A DNA stretch of 64,000 nucleotides from an uncultured Gemmatimonadales bacterium (lineage in GTDB: Bacteria > Gemmatimonadota > Gemmatimonadetes > Longimicrobiales > RSA9), in assembly GCA_963798085.1 (NCBI GenBank), contig CAWCRS010000003.1:32001-96000 (forward strand), in the 5' to 3' direction. This document shows positions 31,580 to 41,764 of the stretch, piece after piece (the stretch's first letter is position 1; the number at the start of each line of letters is the position of its first letter). A program made the translations under genes and the position numbers. Under the pieces are notes generated by a model. It had not been told where the DNA came from and ran no database searches. It saw only the letters and a list, made by a program, of their open reading frames with translations.

Positions 31580-34237
31580 TCAGTCGGTGCGCAGGGCCAC
31601 ATTGGGATCCACGCGCGCCGCCCGCCACGCGGGCACGACGCCCGCCGCCACGGCAACGAGCAGCAGTGCCAGTGCGGCCGCGGCGAGGGTCAGCGGATCG
31701 CGCGGCAATGTCCGGTACAGCAGATCACGCAGCCGGGGTGCCAGCAGAAAGGCCGCCGCGAGACCCAGCAGCACACCAATGCCGGTCATGCGCAGGGAGC
31801 GCGCCAGCACCATGCCCAGCAGGTTGCCGCGGCGTGCGCCCAGCGCGCAACGCAGCCCCAGCTCGCGCGTGCGCTGGGCCACGTCGAAAGCCAGCACCGA
31901 ATACAGGCCCAGCGCGGCGACCAGCAACGCAAGCGCCCCGAACAGTGTGAACATCGTCGCCCCCAGTCTCCACGAGCGCGCGAAGAAATCCACGTTCGCC
32001 TGCATGGACATCACGTTGATGAAGCGGAAACGCGGCTCCATGGCAACCAGCGCGCTGCGTACGTCGGCAATGCGCTTCGCCGCCTCTCCCGCGGTTCGCA
32101 CGACCAGCGCATACGCCGGTTCCGCGAAGACGTGCTGATCGAGCAGCACGTAGTACTGCGGTGCGGGCGGCTCCTGCAGCCCCGTCCGGTTCGCATCCCC
32201 CACTACGCCGACGACGCGCGCGCAGGGCGCCCCCCGATGCTGCACCATCAGGCACTGCCCCACGGCACTGCCGTCCGGCCACGCCAGCTTCGCCATGGTC
32301 TGATTCACCACTACGACCGGCTCGCTGCCGGGACCATCGCTTGCCGCGAAGCCCCGGCCCTGCAGCACCCGCAGGTCGAGCGCGTCAATGTAACCAGCGG
32401 TTACCACGTTGACATAGGGTCCGCCCGCGGGCAGGCGGGGCAGCGAGTCGCGGCCGGGCACGAACAGGTGCGCGGACGAGCTGTTGCCGAAAGGCAGTTC
32501 GGCCGCCGCCGCCACGGCGCGCACACCCGGCAGCCGCGGGACTTCGCTGGTGGCGCGCTCGAAGAACCTCGCCAGGCTCGCCGAGTCGACACCCGAACCG
32601 TCCGCGTCCGGAATCGCAATCAGCAGGCTGCGCGCGTCGAAGCCGAGGTCCAGCGCGCGCACGTGACGCAGGCTGCGCACGAAGAGGCCGGCGCCGACGA
32701 GCAGCACGACGGAAAGTGTCGCCTGCAATACCGTGAGCGCGGCGCGCAGCCGGGCCGTGGACCGCGTGATGCCGCCCTGCTGGACGCGCAGCGTGTCCGC
32801 CACGTTCTGGCGCATGGCGGTGAACAGGGGCAGCGCGCACGCCGCGAGGGCCGCCGCCAGCGAGAGAGCCAGACTGAGCAGGATGGTGCGCGCGCTCACG
32901 CCGTCGTCCGGCCAGAGCGTACCCGGGAACAGCGTCGAGCGGACAATGGCGCCGCCCCAGCGCGCGACCGCCAGCGCGGCCACGCCGCCCAGCAGCGCCA
33001 GCATCAGGCCCTCCGCCAGCGCCGTCACGGCGATGCGCCCGCGCGTGTTGCCCAGCACGAGGCTGATGCCCAGCTGGCGCTGTGTGCGGATGCCGCGCGC
33101 TAACAGCAGGTTCGCGACATTCACGCAGGCAATGAGCAGCACGAGCAGCGACACGCCGCCCAGCCAGAGCGCGACATTGACTTCGGCCGGCAGGCGGGAG
33201 CCGGCCGCGGCGTTCAGCGGATAGGTGATCACGCGCGCATCAGGATCGTAGCGGCCGCGCGCTATCGCGTCCGCCCGGCCCCGCCGGTGCGCCCGCGTGG
33301 CTTCTGCTTCCGCGGCCGCCACACTGGCGCCGGGCGCCATTCGCGCCACAATGTCGAGCCAGTAGTAGCCGCGATCCTGGAGCAGGTCGGCAGTGTGCGT
33401 CACGGAGCCGAAGCGCCTGGCCGGCAGCCAGAAACTCACGGCTGAGAGATCGACGCCGGTGAACCCCCGCGGTGCTACGCCCACGATGGTCCACGGGCCG
33501 TAGCCGAACTCGAGGTCGCGGCCCAGCACATCGCGCTGTCCGCCGAACATGCTCTGCCACAGCTCCCAGCTCAGCACCACAGTGGCAGGCGCGCCCGGCT
33601 GGTCTTCCGCTTCCGTGAAGAAACGGCCCAGCGCCGGACGCACGCCCAGCACCTGCCAGTAATTACCTGTTACCTGCAGGGCGCGCACCCGGCGGGCTTC
33701 GGTACCGCGACCCACCGTCAGGCGCTCGCTCGAGTACGCCGCAATGCCGGCGAACTGCGAGTTGCCCAGCAGGTCCTCGTAGCCCGGCAGCGGCGCCGTG
33801 CCGTCGACGGAGCGCCGGTGCAGCACGGCCTCGTAGTGCTCGAAGTACACGCGTCGCACCTGCTGCGGCGAGGCAATGTGCCGGGGCGGCGAGAGCAGCA
33901 GGCGATCAATGACGCCGAACATCGTGGCATTGGCGCCGATGCCCAGAGCGAAGGCAAGGATCACACTGAACGAGAGGCCCGGCGTGCGGCGCAGCGACCT
34001 CGCAGCCGCGCGCAGTGCATGGGCCAGCACCAGCGCCCATTGCCGCCGCCGCTGCCTCGCCTGCGTGCCGCGGGCCAGCCGCTGCAGCCGGCGACGGTAC
34101 AGCGCTTCGTCGCCGAAACGACGCCGTGCCTCCGCTTCCGCCGCCTCCCGCGTCCAGCCCGCCGCCCGCAGTTCCGCCACGGCGCGCTCGAAGTGGTACG
34201 CCAGCTCGTCGTCCACGTCCCGCTCCGGAGCGCGCAT
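31580..34237 (-). CDS. ADOP-family duplicated ABC permease
   Basis: DDELAYH prefix domain, ALGIGANATMF, LLIACVNVANL, LLVGAGLFVRSL, RTRELGLR, PAWRAARVDP. Confidence 0.93.
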   Translation of the reverse strand: MRAPERDVDDELAYHFERAVAELRAAGWTREAAEAEARRRFGDEALYRRRLQRLARGTQARQRRRQWALVLAHALRAAARSLRRTPGLSFSVILAFALGIGANATMFGVIDRLLLSPPRHIASPQQVRRVYFEHYEAVLHRRSVDGTAPLPGYEDLLGNSQFAGIAAYSSERLTVGRGTEARRVRALQVTGNYWQVLGVRPALGRFFTEAEDQPGAPATVVLSWELWQSMFGGQRDVLGRDLEFGYGPWTIVGVAPRGFTGVDLSAVSFWLPARRFGSVTHTADLLQDRGYYWLDIVARMAPGASVAAAEAEATRAHRRGRADAIARGRYDPDARVITYPLNAAAGSRLPAEVNVALWLGGVSLLVLLIACVNVANLLLARGIRTQRQLGISLVLGNTRGRIAVTALAEGLMLALLGGVAALAVARWGGAIVRSTLFPGTLWPDDGVSARTILLSLALSLAAALAACALPLFTAMRQNVADTLRVQQGGITRSTARLRAALTVLQATLSVVLLVGAGLFVRSLRHVRALDLGFDARSLLIAIPDADGSGVDSASLARFFERATSEVPRLPGVRAVAAAAELPFGNSSSAHLFVPGRDSLPRLPAGGPYVNVVTAGYIDALDLRVLQGRGFAASDGPGSEPVVVVNQTMAKLAWPDGSAVGQCLMVQHRGAPCARVVGVVGDANRTGLQEPPAPQYYVLLDQHVFAEPAYALVVRTAGEAAKRIADVRSALVAMEPRFRFINVMSMQANVDFFARSWRLGATMFTLFGALALLVAALGLYSVLAFDVAQRTRELGLRCALGARRGNLLGMVLARSLRMTGIGVLLGLAAAFLLAPRLRDLLYRTLPRDPLTLAAAALALLLVAVAAGVVPAWRAARVDPNVALRTD

Positions 34238-36921
34238 CAGTCCGCGCGCAATGCGATGTTAGGATCCACGCGCGCCGCTCGCCATGCGGGCACGCTGCCG
34301 GCCAGCACGGCGACCAGCAGCAGCACCAGCGTCACCGCGGCCAGCGTCGGCGGATCGTACGGCGAGGTGTTGTAGAGGAGGTCGCGCACGCGAGGCGCGA
34401 GCAGCAGCGCGACCCCCAGGCCGATGGCCAGACCCAGCACGGTCACGCGCACGGCGCTGGCCCCCACGATGCCCAGCAGGTGACGGGTGCCCGCGCCCAG
34501 CGCGGAGCGCAGCCCGATCTCGCGCGTGCGCTGCGCCACGTCGAAGGCCAGCACGGAGTAGAGGCCCAGCGTCGCCACCACCAGCGCGAGCAGCCCGAAC
34601 ACGCTGAACATCGCGGCGCCCAGCTTCCACGAGCGGAGTTGCGTCTCGGCCAGATCGGAAAGCGGCTGGATGATGACGTAGCGCAGCCGTGGCTCGAGCG
34701 CGAGCAGCGCTGCGCGCAGTTGCGCGAGGAACGTGGCGTCAGTGCGTGTCGTGCGGAAGAACAGCCGCCGCGGCTGCTGCTGTACACCCGCGTGTCCCAT
34801 GGGCACGTAGTACTGCGCGCTGGGCTGCTCGATCAGACTGCTGCGCCGCGCGTTTTCCACCACGCCGACCACCGTGCTGCACGGCGCTGTATCACTGCCG
34901 ATGATGAGGCACGCGCCCAGTGCCTTGCCGTCGGGCCAGAACAGGTTCGCCAGCGCCTGGTTCACCACGACGACAAGCGCCTTGCCGTTGAATTCCGCGG
35001 GCTGGAAATCGCGGCCGCTCAGGAGACGCAGGTCCATGGTGCGGAAATAGTCGCGGCTGATGGCGCTCACGTAGGGCCCGCCGCTGGGCGGCGTGGGCAA
35101 CGAGTCGCGGCCCGGAATGCGGAGATCCGTGGCAAACGAGAACCAGAAGGGAACACCGCCCGAGAAAGCCGCGCTGCGCACGCCCGGCTGCTGCGCGAGA
35201 AGCTCCGCGGCCGCCGCGTAGAAACGGTCCTTCTGGTCGCCGCTGAGGCTCGAGGCATCGGCCACGGGCTCGGCGGTGAGCAGACCCTTCATGTCGAAAC
35301 CCAGGTCCATCGACTGCACGCGACCCAGGCTGCGCACGAACAGGCCCGCACCCACCAGCAGTACCACGCTGAGCGCGGCCTGCGCCATGGAGAGCGCGGT
35401 GCGCACGCGGTTCGTCGAACGCGCGATGCCGCCCGAGGAAGTCCGCAGAACATCCGCCACGCTGCGCCGGGTGGCCGTGAAGGCCGGCACCAGCCCCGAT
35501 AACACACCTGTCAGCAGGCAGAGGACCAGCAGGAAGAGCAGTCCACGCGCGCTCCAGCCGTGGTCCGTCCACGCGACATCGGGCAGCAGCACGCGGCGCA
35601 CCACGTCACCACCCCAGCGCGTGATGACCAGTGCCGCCAGCCCGCCCAGTCCCGCGAGCAGCACACTCTCCACGAGTGTCTGCCCCGCCAGGCGGGCGCG
35701 GGAGATGCCCATGGCCAGACGGATGCCTGTCTCACGCCGCTGCCGGATGGCGCGCGCCAGCTGCAGATTGGCCACGTTCACGCACGCAATCAGCAGCACG
35801 ATCGCGGAGACGCCGGCAAGCCAGGCCGCTACACGGGCCTCCTTCGGACCATCCGGATCGCGCGCGGCGATCAGGGGCGCCGCCTCGATGCGCACCGCAG
35901 CGTCGTAGTAGCCACGCGCGATGTCTTCCCGGCGACCCGCGCGGTGCAGTCCGGTCGCTGCCGCTTCGGCCGCTGCCGCGGTCGCGCCCGGAGCGAGACG
36001 CACCACCGGGTGCAGCCAGTAGGCGTGTCGCTGCCCCGTCGCAACCCAGTCCTTCCCCATGATCGTCGCGCCGGCCGCCAGGGCGGGCGCCCAGAGATCG
36101 ACGGCATCCAGCTCCACACCGGTGAAGCCCCGTGGCGCCACCCCGATGATCGTGTATGGACCGAAGCCGAAATCGACGATCTGCCCGAGCACGCCCGGCG
36201 CCCCTCGATACATGCGCTGCCACAGGCTGTATCCCAGAACTGCGACCGGCAGGCCACCGGGCCGGTCCTCCTCCTCCGTGAAGAAACGGCCCAGTGCCGG
36301 ACGCACACCCAGCACGCGCCAATAACTGCCTGTTACCAGGAGCGTCTTCACCGTGCGGGCACTCTCGCCCCGGCCGACAATGCGGTCCATCCCCTGCGAG
36401 TACGCCGCAACGCCGGCGAACTGCGGCACGGCGAGCAGATCTTCGTAATCACCGATGGCAACCGTGCCCGTTCGGACGCGCTCGCCCAGGCTCAGTCGGT
36501 TCACGACAATGCGATGCACCGCGTCGGGATCCGCAATGTGCGCGGGCGGCGACAGCAGCAGCCGGTCCACGATCCCGAACATGGTGGCATTGGCACCAAT
36601 GCCGAGCGCAAAGGCGAGGATGATGCCGGCGGAAAGACCGGGGGAACGCCGTATCGAGCGGAGCGCCGTCACGAACGACTGCGCCAGCGCCTGGCGACCG
36701 CTGCGCCAGAGGCGGCCCACACGCGCGGCGCGATCGATGCGCTCGAGATCGCGACGATACTTTTCCGCATCACCGAACCTGCGACGCGCCTCGGCTTCCG
36801 CAGCTTCCCGCGACTCACCCTGCTGCATCAGCTCCTCCACGACCCGCTCGAAATGGTAGGCCAGCTCCTCGTCGATCGACCCGGGCGGCGGCCCCGTGCG
36901 CCATGCGGGTGGCTGCTTCAT
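34237..36921 (-). CDS. ADOP-family duplicated ABC permease (paralog)
   Basis: Same motif set; translationally coupled to the downstream paralog. Confidence 0.93.
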   Translation of the reverse strand: MKQPPAWRTGPPPGSIDEELAYHFERVVEELMQQGESREAAEAEARRRFGDAEKYRRDLERIDRAARVGRLWRSGRQALAQSFVTALRSIRRSPGLSAGIILAFALGIGANATMFGIVDRLLLSPPAHIADPDAVHRIVVNRLSLGERVRTGTVAIGDYEDLLAVPQFAGVAAYSQGMDRIVGRGESARTVKTLLVTGSYWRVLGVRPALGRFFTEEEDRPGGLPVAVLGYSLWQRMYRGAPGVLGQIVDFGFGPYTIIGVAPRGFTGVELDAVDLWAPALAAGATIMGKDWVATGQRHAYWLHPVVRLAPGATAAAAEAAATGLHRAGRREDIARGYYDAAVRIEAAPLIAARDPDGPKEARVAAWLAGVSAIVLLIACVNVANLQLARAIRQRRETGIRLAMGISRARLAGQTLVESVLLAGLGGLAALVITRWGGDVVRRVLLPDVAWTDHGWSARGLLFLLVLCLLTGVLSGLVPAFTATRRSVADVLRTSSGGIARSTNRVRTALSMAQAALSVVLLVGAGLFVRSLGRVQSMDLGFDMKGLLTAEPVADASSLSGDQKDRFYAAAAELLAQQPGVRSAAFSGGVPFWFSFATDLRIPGRDSLPTPPSGGPYVSAISRDYFRTMDLRLLSGRDFQPAEFNGKALVVVVNQALANLFWPDGKALGACLIIGSDTAPCSTVVGVVENARRSSLIEQPSAQYYVPMGHAGVQQQPRRLFFRTTRTDATFLAQLRAALLALEPRLRYVIIQPLSDLAETQLRSWKLGAAMFSVFGLLALVVATLGLYSVLAFDVAQRTREIGLRSALGAGTRHLLGIVGASAVRVTVLGLAIGLGVALLLAPRVRDLLYNTSPYDPPTLAAVTLVLLLVAVLAGSVPAWRAARVDPNIALRAD

Positions 36922-36936
36922 GGGTCCCGCTGCCTG

Positions 36937-37269
36937 TCAGGCGCCCTGCGCCAGCACGCGGAACACCGCTTCCGCGTACTGCGACCACGCCTTCGCTTCT
37001 GTCGCCAGTTGTCGGCGACCCTGCGCCGTCAGCTCGTAGTACTTCGCGCGCCGGTTGTTCTCCGACACGCCCCAGCTCGCTTCGACCCAGCCGCGGCGCT
37101 CCATGCGGTGCAGCGACGTGTAGAGGGCGCCCTCCTCGATCTCCAGCGCGCCACTGGTCACACCCCGCACCCAGCGCGCGACGCCGTAACCGTGCTGCGC
37201 CGTCTGCTCGAGCGCCTTGAGGACGAGCATGTCGAGGGTTCCCTGGAGCAGGTTGAGGTCGTCGTTCAT
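36937..37269 (-). CDS. PadR-family transcriptional regulator
   Basis: LLQGTLDMLVL, HGYG, EGALYTSLHR, NNRRAKYY. Confidence 0.95.
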   Translation of the reverse strand: MNDDLNLLQGTLDMLVLKALEQTAQHGYGVARWVRGVTSGALEIEEGALYTSLHRMERRGWVEASWGVSENNRRAKYYELTAQGRRQLATEAKAWSQYAEAVFRVLAQGA

Positions 37270-37369
37270 GGCTTCCCCTGAAATGTTGATGGAAACAACC
37301 TGTAACGGCTACCGCCAGCGCGCAAGTTGCTTTGCGTCAGTGCCGGGCGTGGCTGGCCGCACCCGCGCC

Positions 37370-37550
37370 TGACTGCGTTGCTGGGGCTGGTTGGGCTGGT
37401 GGCTCGGAAACAGACAACGGATCTCGAACGGCGTCTCCCAGGCTGGGGCTGGGCTGGGGATCGCTGTGTTGCCGGGGTTGGTTGGCGAGAACGGATCACC
37501 GATCTGGAACCGCGTTTCCTGGCTGGCTGCCGGGCTGGTTGCTGGTTCAG
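37370..37550. repeat. Intergenic repeat family B, degenerate copies
   Basis: ACTGCGTTGCTGGGGCTGGTTGGGCTGG; AACGGATC occurs twice; GGGCT runs. Confidence 0.55.
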
Positions 37551-37955
37551 CGGATCCTTATGGGGCTGGTATTGCCCACGTGTGCGCGGGCGGCGGCCTG
37601 CACGGTGCCGTTGCCAGGTGGAGAATCCGTGCAGGGTGCACAGGGATATCCGACCTGCGGCTCGAGCTGCTCGCATGAATGTCTGCTCACGATTGGTCGC
37701 CTCCGCATTCCGTACGCGGTCTCGCACGCCGCTGCGATTCAGCCACGCATCATGAGCGCAATGTGAGCCACCTGCGCGGTCCTTGGCGTGTCGCTGTGGG
37801 GCGTGACTGGAGGCAGAGGTGTGAGGCGCTCGGCTTGCGGCACGCGATACGGCGCATCCACCTTCACGCGCCTGCTGCCGGTCGCGGGCGAGGCCCGTTG
37901 CGGCGGCAGGCGCCACGCGGATCGCCCGCCTGCTTCGTTTGCGGAGCGGTAATCG

Positions 37956-38687
37956 TTGAATCCGACACTGACTGTCCTGCTGTACTCCGGCCTCGCCGCG
38001 GCGACGGCGCCGCTGGGCGTATTGCCGCTACTGTCCGGCCGGCGTCCGCCGATGCGGGTGATGGGCTGGGCCAATGCACTGGCCTCCGGCCTGATGCTGG
38101 GGGTAGCCTATGCGCTGATGGTGTCCGGTCTGGACACCGCGCCACTGCACGGCGGCGTGGGTGCGCTGCTGGGAATCGCGTTCGTGTACGCGACGCACGC
38201 GGCCACGGGCACACAGGATCTGGACCTTAACCGTCTGGATGATCCTCGCCCGGAGTACGGCTATCAGGTGCTTCTGCTGAACATGCTGCACGCGGCCCAT
38301 GAGGGCATCGCCATCGGCGTGGCGATGGCGGTGAGTCTGCCGTTCGGCATTCTGATGGCGCTGGCGCTGGCCGTGCACAACATACCGGAGGCGACGATTC
38401 TCAGTGCGGTCCTGGTGCAGCGCGGCGTGCGGCTGTCTTCGGCGGCGCTGCTGGCGGCGGTGACCAACCTGTTCCAGGTAGTGCTGGCGGTGACGATCTT
38501 CGCGATCATCATGGCCGCGCCCGGCGTGCTGCCCTGGGCGCTGGGCTTTGCGGTGGGCGCGCTCATTTATCTGGTGATGGTGGAGCTGCTGCCGGAGTCG
38601 TATCGCGAAGCGGGCCACACCAGCATCGCGCTCGTGACCATTGTCGCCATGGGCATCGTGGTGCTGCTGCGCGGGCAGCTGCTCTGA
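37956..38687 (+). CDS. ZIP-family metal transporter (divergent TM4 motif)
   Basis: ASGLMLG, LHAAHEGIAIG, VHNIPEA, ELLPE. Confidence 0.88.
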   Translation: MNPTLTVLLYSGLAAATAPLGVLPLLSGRRPPMRVMGWANALASGLMLGVAYALMVSGLDTAPLHGGVGALLGIAFVYATHAATGTQDLDLNRLDDPRPEYGYQVLLLNMLHAAHEGIAIGVAMAVSLPFGILMALALAVHNIPEATILSAVLVQRGVRLSSAALLAAVTNLFQVVLAVTIFAIIMAAPGVLPWALGFAVGALIYLVMVELLPESYREAGHTSIALVTIVAMGIVVLLRGQLL

Positions 38688-39430
38688 TGTCCGGCGCCAC
38701 GTGGCACAATGGCGTGCTGGTTTTCATCTACGCACTGGCCACGGCGCTGGCCACCGGGCTGGGGGCGATTCCCTTCGCGTTTCTGAAACAGCTCTCGGCG
38801 CACGTGGTGGCGCACGCCAACGCCATTGCCTCGGGTCTCATGCTGGGCGCCAGCTTCGGTCTGGTCTCGGCGGGCACGGGCTATGGCAGCGCCCAGACGG
38901 TGGCGGGCGCGGTGCTGGGCGTGGTCTTCATCCTGATAACACAGCATTATCTGTCCGACCACGAGCTGGGGTTTGGTGGCATGGGCGGCGCGGGCGCGCG
39001 CCAGATGCTGCTGCTGCTGGTGGTGATGACCGTGCACAGTTTTTCCGAGGGCGTGGCGGTGGGCGTGGCCTTCGGCGGCGGCCAGGCGCTGGCCGCGGTG
39101 ATCACCATCGCCATTGCCGTGCACAACATCCCCGAGGGGCTGGCCATCAGCGCAGTCATGCGACCGCGCGGCGTGAGCGTGGCGAAATGCGCGGTCTGGA
39201 GCGTGGTCTCTTCGCTGCCGCAGCCGCTCATGGCTGTGCCTGCGTACCTGTTCGTGGAAGAAGTGCGGCCCTCGCTGCCGTACGGCCTGGGCTTCGCCGC
39301 GGGCGCCATGGTCTTCATGGTGCTGGTCGAGCTGCTGCCCGAAGCCTATGGCCAGGGCCGGCGGCCGTCGGTCGCCATGCTGGCCAGCATATCGATCATC
39401 GCGATGGTGCTGTTTCAGCATTACCTGTAG
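38687..39430 (+). CDS. ZIP-family (GufA/ZupT-like) metal transporter
   Basis: ATGLGAIP, HSFSEG, HNIPEGLA, SSLPQP, GFAAGAM. Confidence 0.92.
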   Translation: MSGATWHNGVLVFIYALATALATGLGAIPFAFLKQLSAHVVAHANAIASGLMLGASFGLVSAGTGYGSAQTVAGAVLGVVFILITQHYLSDHELGFGGMGGAGARQMLLLLVVMTVHSFSEGVAVGVAFGGGQALAAVITIAIAVHNIPEGLAISAVMRPRGVSVAKCAVWSVVSSLPQPLMAVPAYLFVEEVRPSLPYGLGFAAGAMVFMVLVELLPEAYGQGRRPSVAMLASISIIAMVLFQHYL

Positions 39431-39441
39431 GGACTGCGAAC

Positions 39442-39655
39442 TGCGTTGCTCGGGCCGGGGCTGGGATTCACGAAATCGACGGCGTAGCCGGGGCTGGTTG
39501 CTGGCGCTGGTTGCTGGGGAACGGCGTGCACGGGAACAGAATGCGTTGCTCGGGCCGGGGATCGGGCTGGGCTGAGATTCACGAAATCGACGGCGTAGCC
39601 GGGGCTGGTTGCTGGCGCTGGTTGCTGGGGAACGGCGTGCACGGAAACGGAATGC
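39442..39655. repeat. Tandem duplication (~100-111 bp, two copies) of a family B element
   Basis: GATTCACGAAATCGACGGCGTAGCCGGGGCTGGTTGCTGGCGCTGGTTGCTGGGGAACGGCGTGCACGG is identical at 39465 and 39576. Confidence 0.9.
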
Positions 39656-39833
39656 AATTCACGGCTGGGGACACGATCACGGATTGGCGGCGGGATGGCT
39701 GGCTGCTGCACTGGAAGAAGGGATAACGCGTGGTTGCAAAGCGGAGGGGTCGGAGTGGTGCGTGGCAAATTGAGGCGGGTGGCCGCGAGGCGAAGCTGCT
39801 GACACGCCTGTCAGCAGGGGCCAGGGGCCGGGC

Positions 39834-40886
39834 ATGAATCGCAAGGGGCAACTGGCGCTCTTCGTGGCGGGCGGGTCGCTCTTCGCGTTCCTCATCCATC
39901 ACATCGGCTTCGGCAACATCGTGCAGGATGCGCGGCGCACGGGTTGGATGACGATTCCGATCGTGCTGGTCTATCTGCCGGTGTACATGTGCAATGCGGC
40001 GGCGTGGCAGCTGATCCTGTCGCGCTCGCCGGCGAGGCCGCGCTACTGGAAGACGCTGGTCATCATCATTTCGGGGTTTGCCATCAACTACGTGACGCCC
40101 ATTGTCAGCCTGGGTGGTGAGCCGTACAAGATCGCGGCGGTGGCGCCCTGGACGGGGCCCCGTCGGGCCACGTCGTCCATCATCCTGGCGACCATGCTGC
40201 ATGCGCTCAGCCATCTGATGATCTGGCTGACCGCGGTGGTGGTGGCGCTCATTCTGCTACCGCACAATGCGGCGACGGTCATCAGTCTGGGTGTACTCGG
40301 CCTGGTGCTGCTGCTGCTCATCTCGTTCGTGTTCACCCGCCACCGCGAGGGTGTGCTCGAGGATGCGGTGTCGCTGCTGGCGAAGGTGCCGCTGATCCGG
40401 CGCGTGGCGCGCAAGTGGCAGCAGCGCGGCAGGCAGCTGGCGCGCATCGACCGGCAGATCGCGGAGCTGTGGGTTCACGACCGTGTACGGTTCTTCCTGG
40501 CGCTCGGCTTCGAGTACCTGGGCCGCGCCATCGGCATGCTCGAGTTCATGCTGATCTTCGCCGCGCTGGGCCGGCCCATCGGCTACTGGCGCGCCTTCCT
40601 CACGGGCAGCTTCACCTCGCTCATCACTAACATTCTGTTTTTCGTGCCCCTGGGGCTGGGCTCGAAGGAGGGGTCGCTGTTCGGCGTGGCGCAGGTGCTG
40701 GGCCAGCCGGGCAGCTCGGGCGTGTTCGCCTCGCTGGTCAGCCGGCTGCGCGAGATGTTCTGGATCACGGTGGGCCTCTCGCTGATCTGGGCCAGTGGCA
40801 CGCCGACGAACGTCCGGCGCCGGCGGCGGCCGCTGCTGGCCAGTGCCGGCGCCGCGGCTTCCCGCAATGCGCCCGGCGTGACCTGA
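39834..40886 (+). CDS. Lysylphosphatidylglycerol synthase TM-region/flippase-like membrane protein
   Basis: AINYVTP..LGGEPYK, FVPLGLGSKEG, VSRLRE; multiple TMs. Confidence 0.85.
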   Translation: MNRKGQLALFVAGGSLFAFLIHHIGFGNIVQDARRTGWMTIPIVLVYLPVYMCNAAAWQLILSRSPARPRYWKTLVIIISGFAINYVTPIVSLGGEPYKIAAVAPWTGPRRATSSIILATMLHALSHLMIWLTAVVVALILLPHNAATVISLGVLGLVLLLLISFVFTRHREGVLEDAVSLLAKVPLIRRVARKWQQRGRQLARIDRQIAELWVHDRVRFFLALGFEYLGRAIGMLEFMLIFAALGRPIGYWRAFLTGSFTSLITNILFFVPLGLGSKEGSLFGVAQVLGQPGSSGVFASLVSRLREMFWITVGLSLIWASGTPTNVRRRRRPLLASAGAAASRNAPGVT

Positions 40887-40957
40887 GCCCGGCGCGGTTG
40901 CCCGCCGCCCGGCCGCCGCCTACCTTGCGTGGCAATCCGGCCCCGGCGTATGGCCGT

Positions 40958-40985
40958 ACGCTCCTAACATTACTGTTAGGAGCGT
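40958..40985. promoter_or_regulatory. Perfect 12-bp inverted repeat, candidate operator
   Basis: ACGCTCCTAACA-TTAC-TGTTAGGAGCGT, ~90 bp upstream of the GNAT-like gene. Confidence 0.5.
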
Positions 40986-41072
40986 GGATGTGCAGGGGCG
41001 CCTCGATCCATTCTGAGTCGGGCCGCCTCCTGCGCAGCGTGGCCACTGTGTGCCCGTCCGGAACCCATATGC

Positions 41073-41555
41073 GTGGAGGCGCAAGTGCCCAGAGTCGTCG
41101 AGATCGATTCAGCAGCGGACGTGGAGCAGGCGCGCGACGATTTTCTTGCCGAGCTGGAGGCGCAGAAAGCGAAGTTCTCGGGCACGTACAACGCCTACCA
41201 ACAGATGGCGATTGACTTCGCCCAGGGCGTGACTCTGGTGTTCGGCAATCGCATGCTGCGCAGCAAGCAGCAGTTCTTCAAGCTGCTCAACGACCGGGAC
41301 GAGGTCATCGGGCTGTTGCGGGTCAAGATCCAGACGGACTCGATCCACATCGATCAGGTCACGGCTCTGGGCGGCGGGAAGTTCCTCGTGGAAAGAGCCA
41401 AGCAGATCGCGATCAACCTGCAAAAGGATGAGGTCAACCTGAGTACGGCGGACGAGGGGCTGCCGTCGTACTACGCGCACCTTGGTTTCGAGATGACCTC
41501 GAAGGGCGCGAAGACAGGAGAAATGCACTGGAAGGTGCCGCCGCTCGGACACTGA
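41073..41555 (+). CDS. GNAT-fold-like hypothetical protein
   Basis: IHIDQVTALGGGKFLV (shortened motif A) and YYAHLGF (motif B); coding-like codon use. Confidence 0.65.
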   Translation: MEAQVPRVVEIDSAADVEQARDDFLAELEAQKAKFSGTYNAYQQMAIDFAQGVTLVFGNRMLRSKQQFFKLLNDRDEVIGLLRVKIQTDSIHIDQVTALGGGKFLVERAKQIAINLQKDEVNLSTADEGLPSYYAHLGFEMTSKGAKTGEMHWKVPPLGH

Positions 41556-41764
41556 GCCGCGCGCACCCGCCTTCGCGCGCCGCCTTGTTGACGTGCCGGC
41601 TTCCGGCCGGCGACTGAAACGCACGGAGGCCGGACTCGCGCGGGGCGTGGCATGTGCTGGCGCCCGGAGGTGGAGTCGTCGCTTGCAACCGGATCCGTGG
41701 TTGCCCAATCTGCGGGATCCCCCGCGGGCGGCGCGCCGCGCCGCGATCTGACCAGCGAGGCCTC

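Noticed and set aside
37273..37294. PadR operator palindrome over the RBS
   Set aside because: Position is plausible but the symmetry (TTCC...GGAA with a mismatched core) is too weak to call.
37560..37950. Small ORFs between padR and the ZIP genes
   Set aside because: No motif, RBS or coding-like composition in any listed frame.
40962..40981. Integron attC site (CCTAAC...GTTAGG)
   Set aside because: Far too short, imperfect match to RYYYAAC/GTTRRRY, and no integrase or cassette array.
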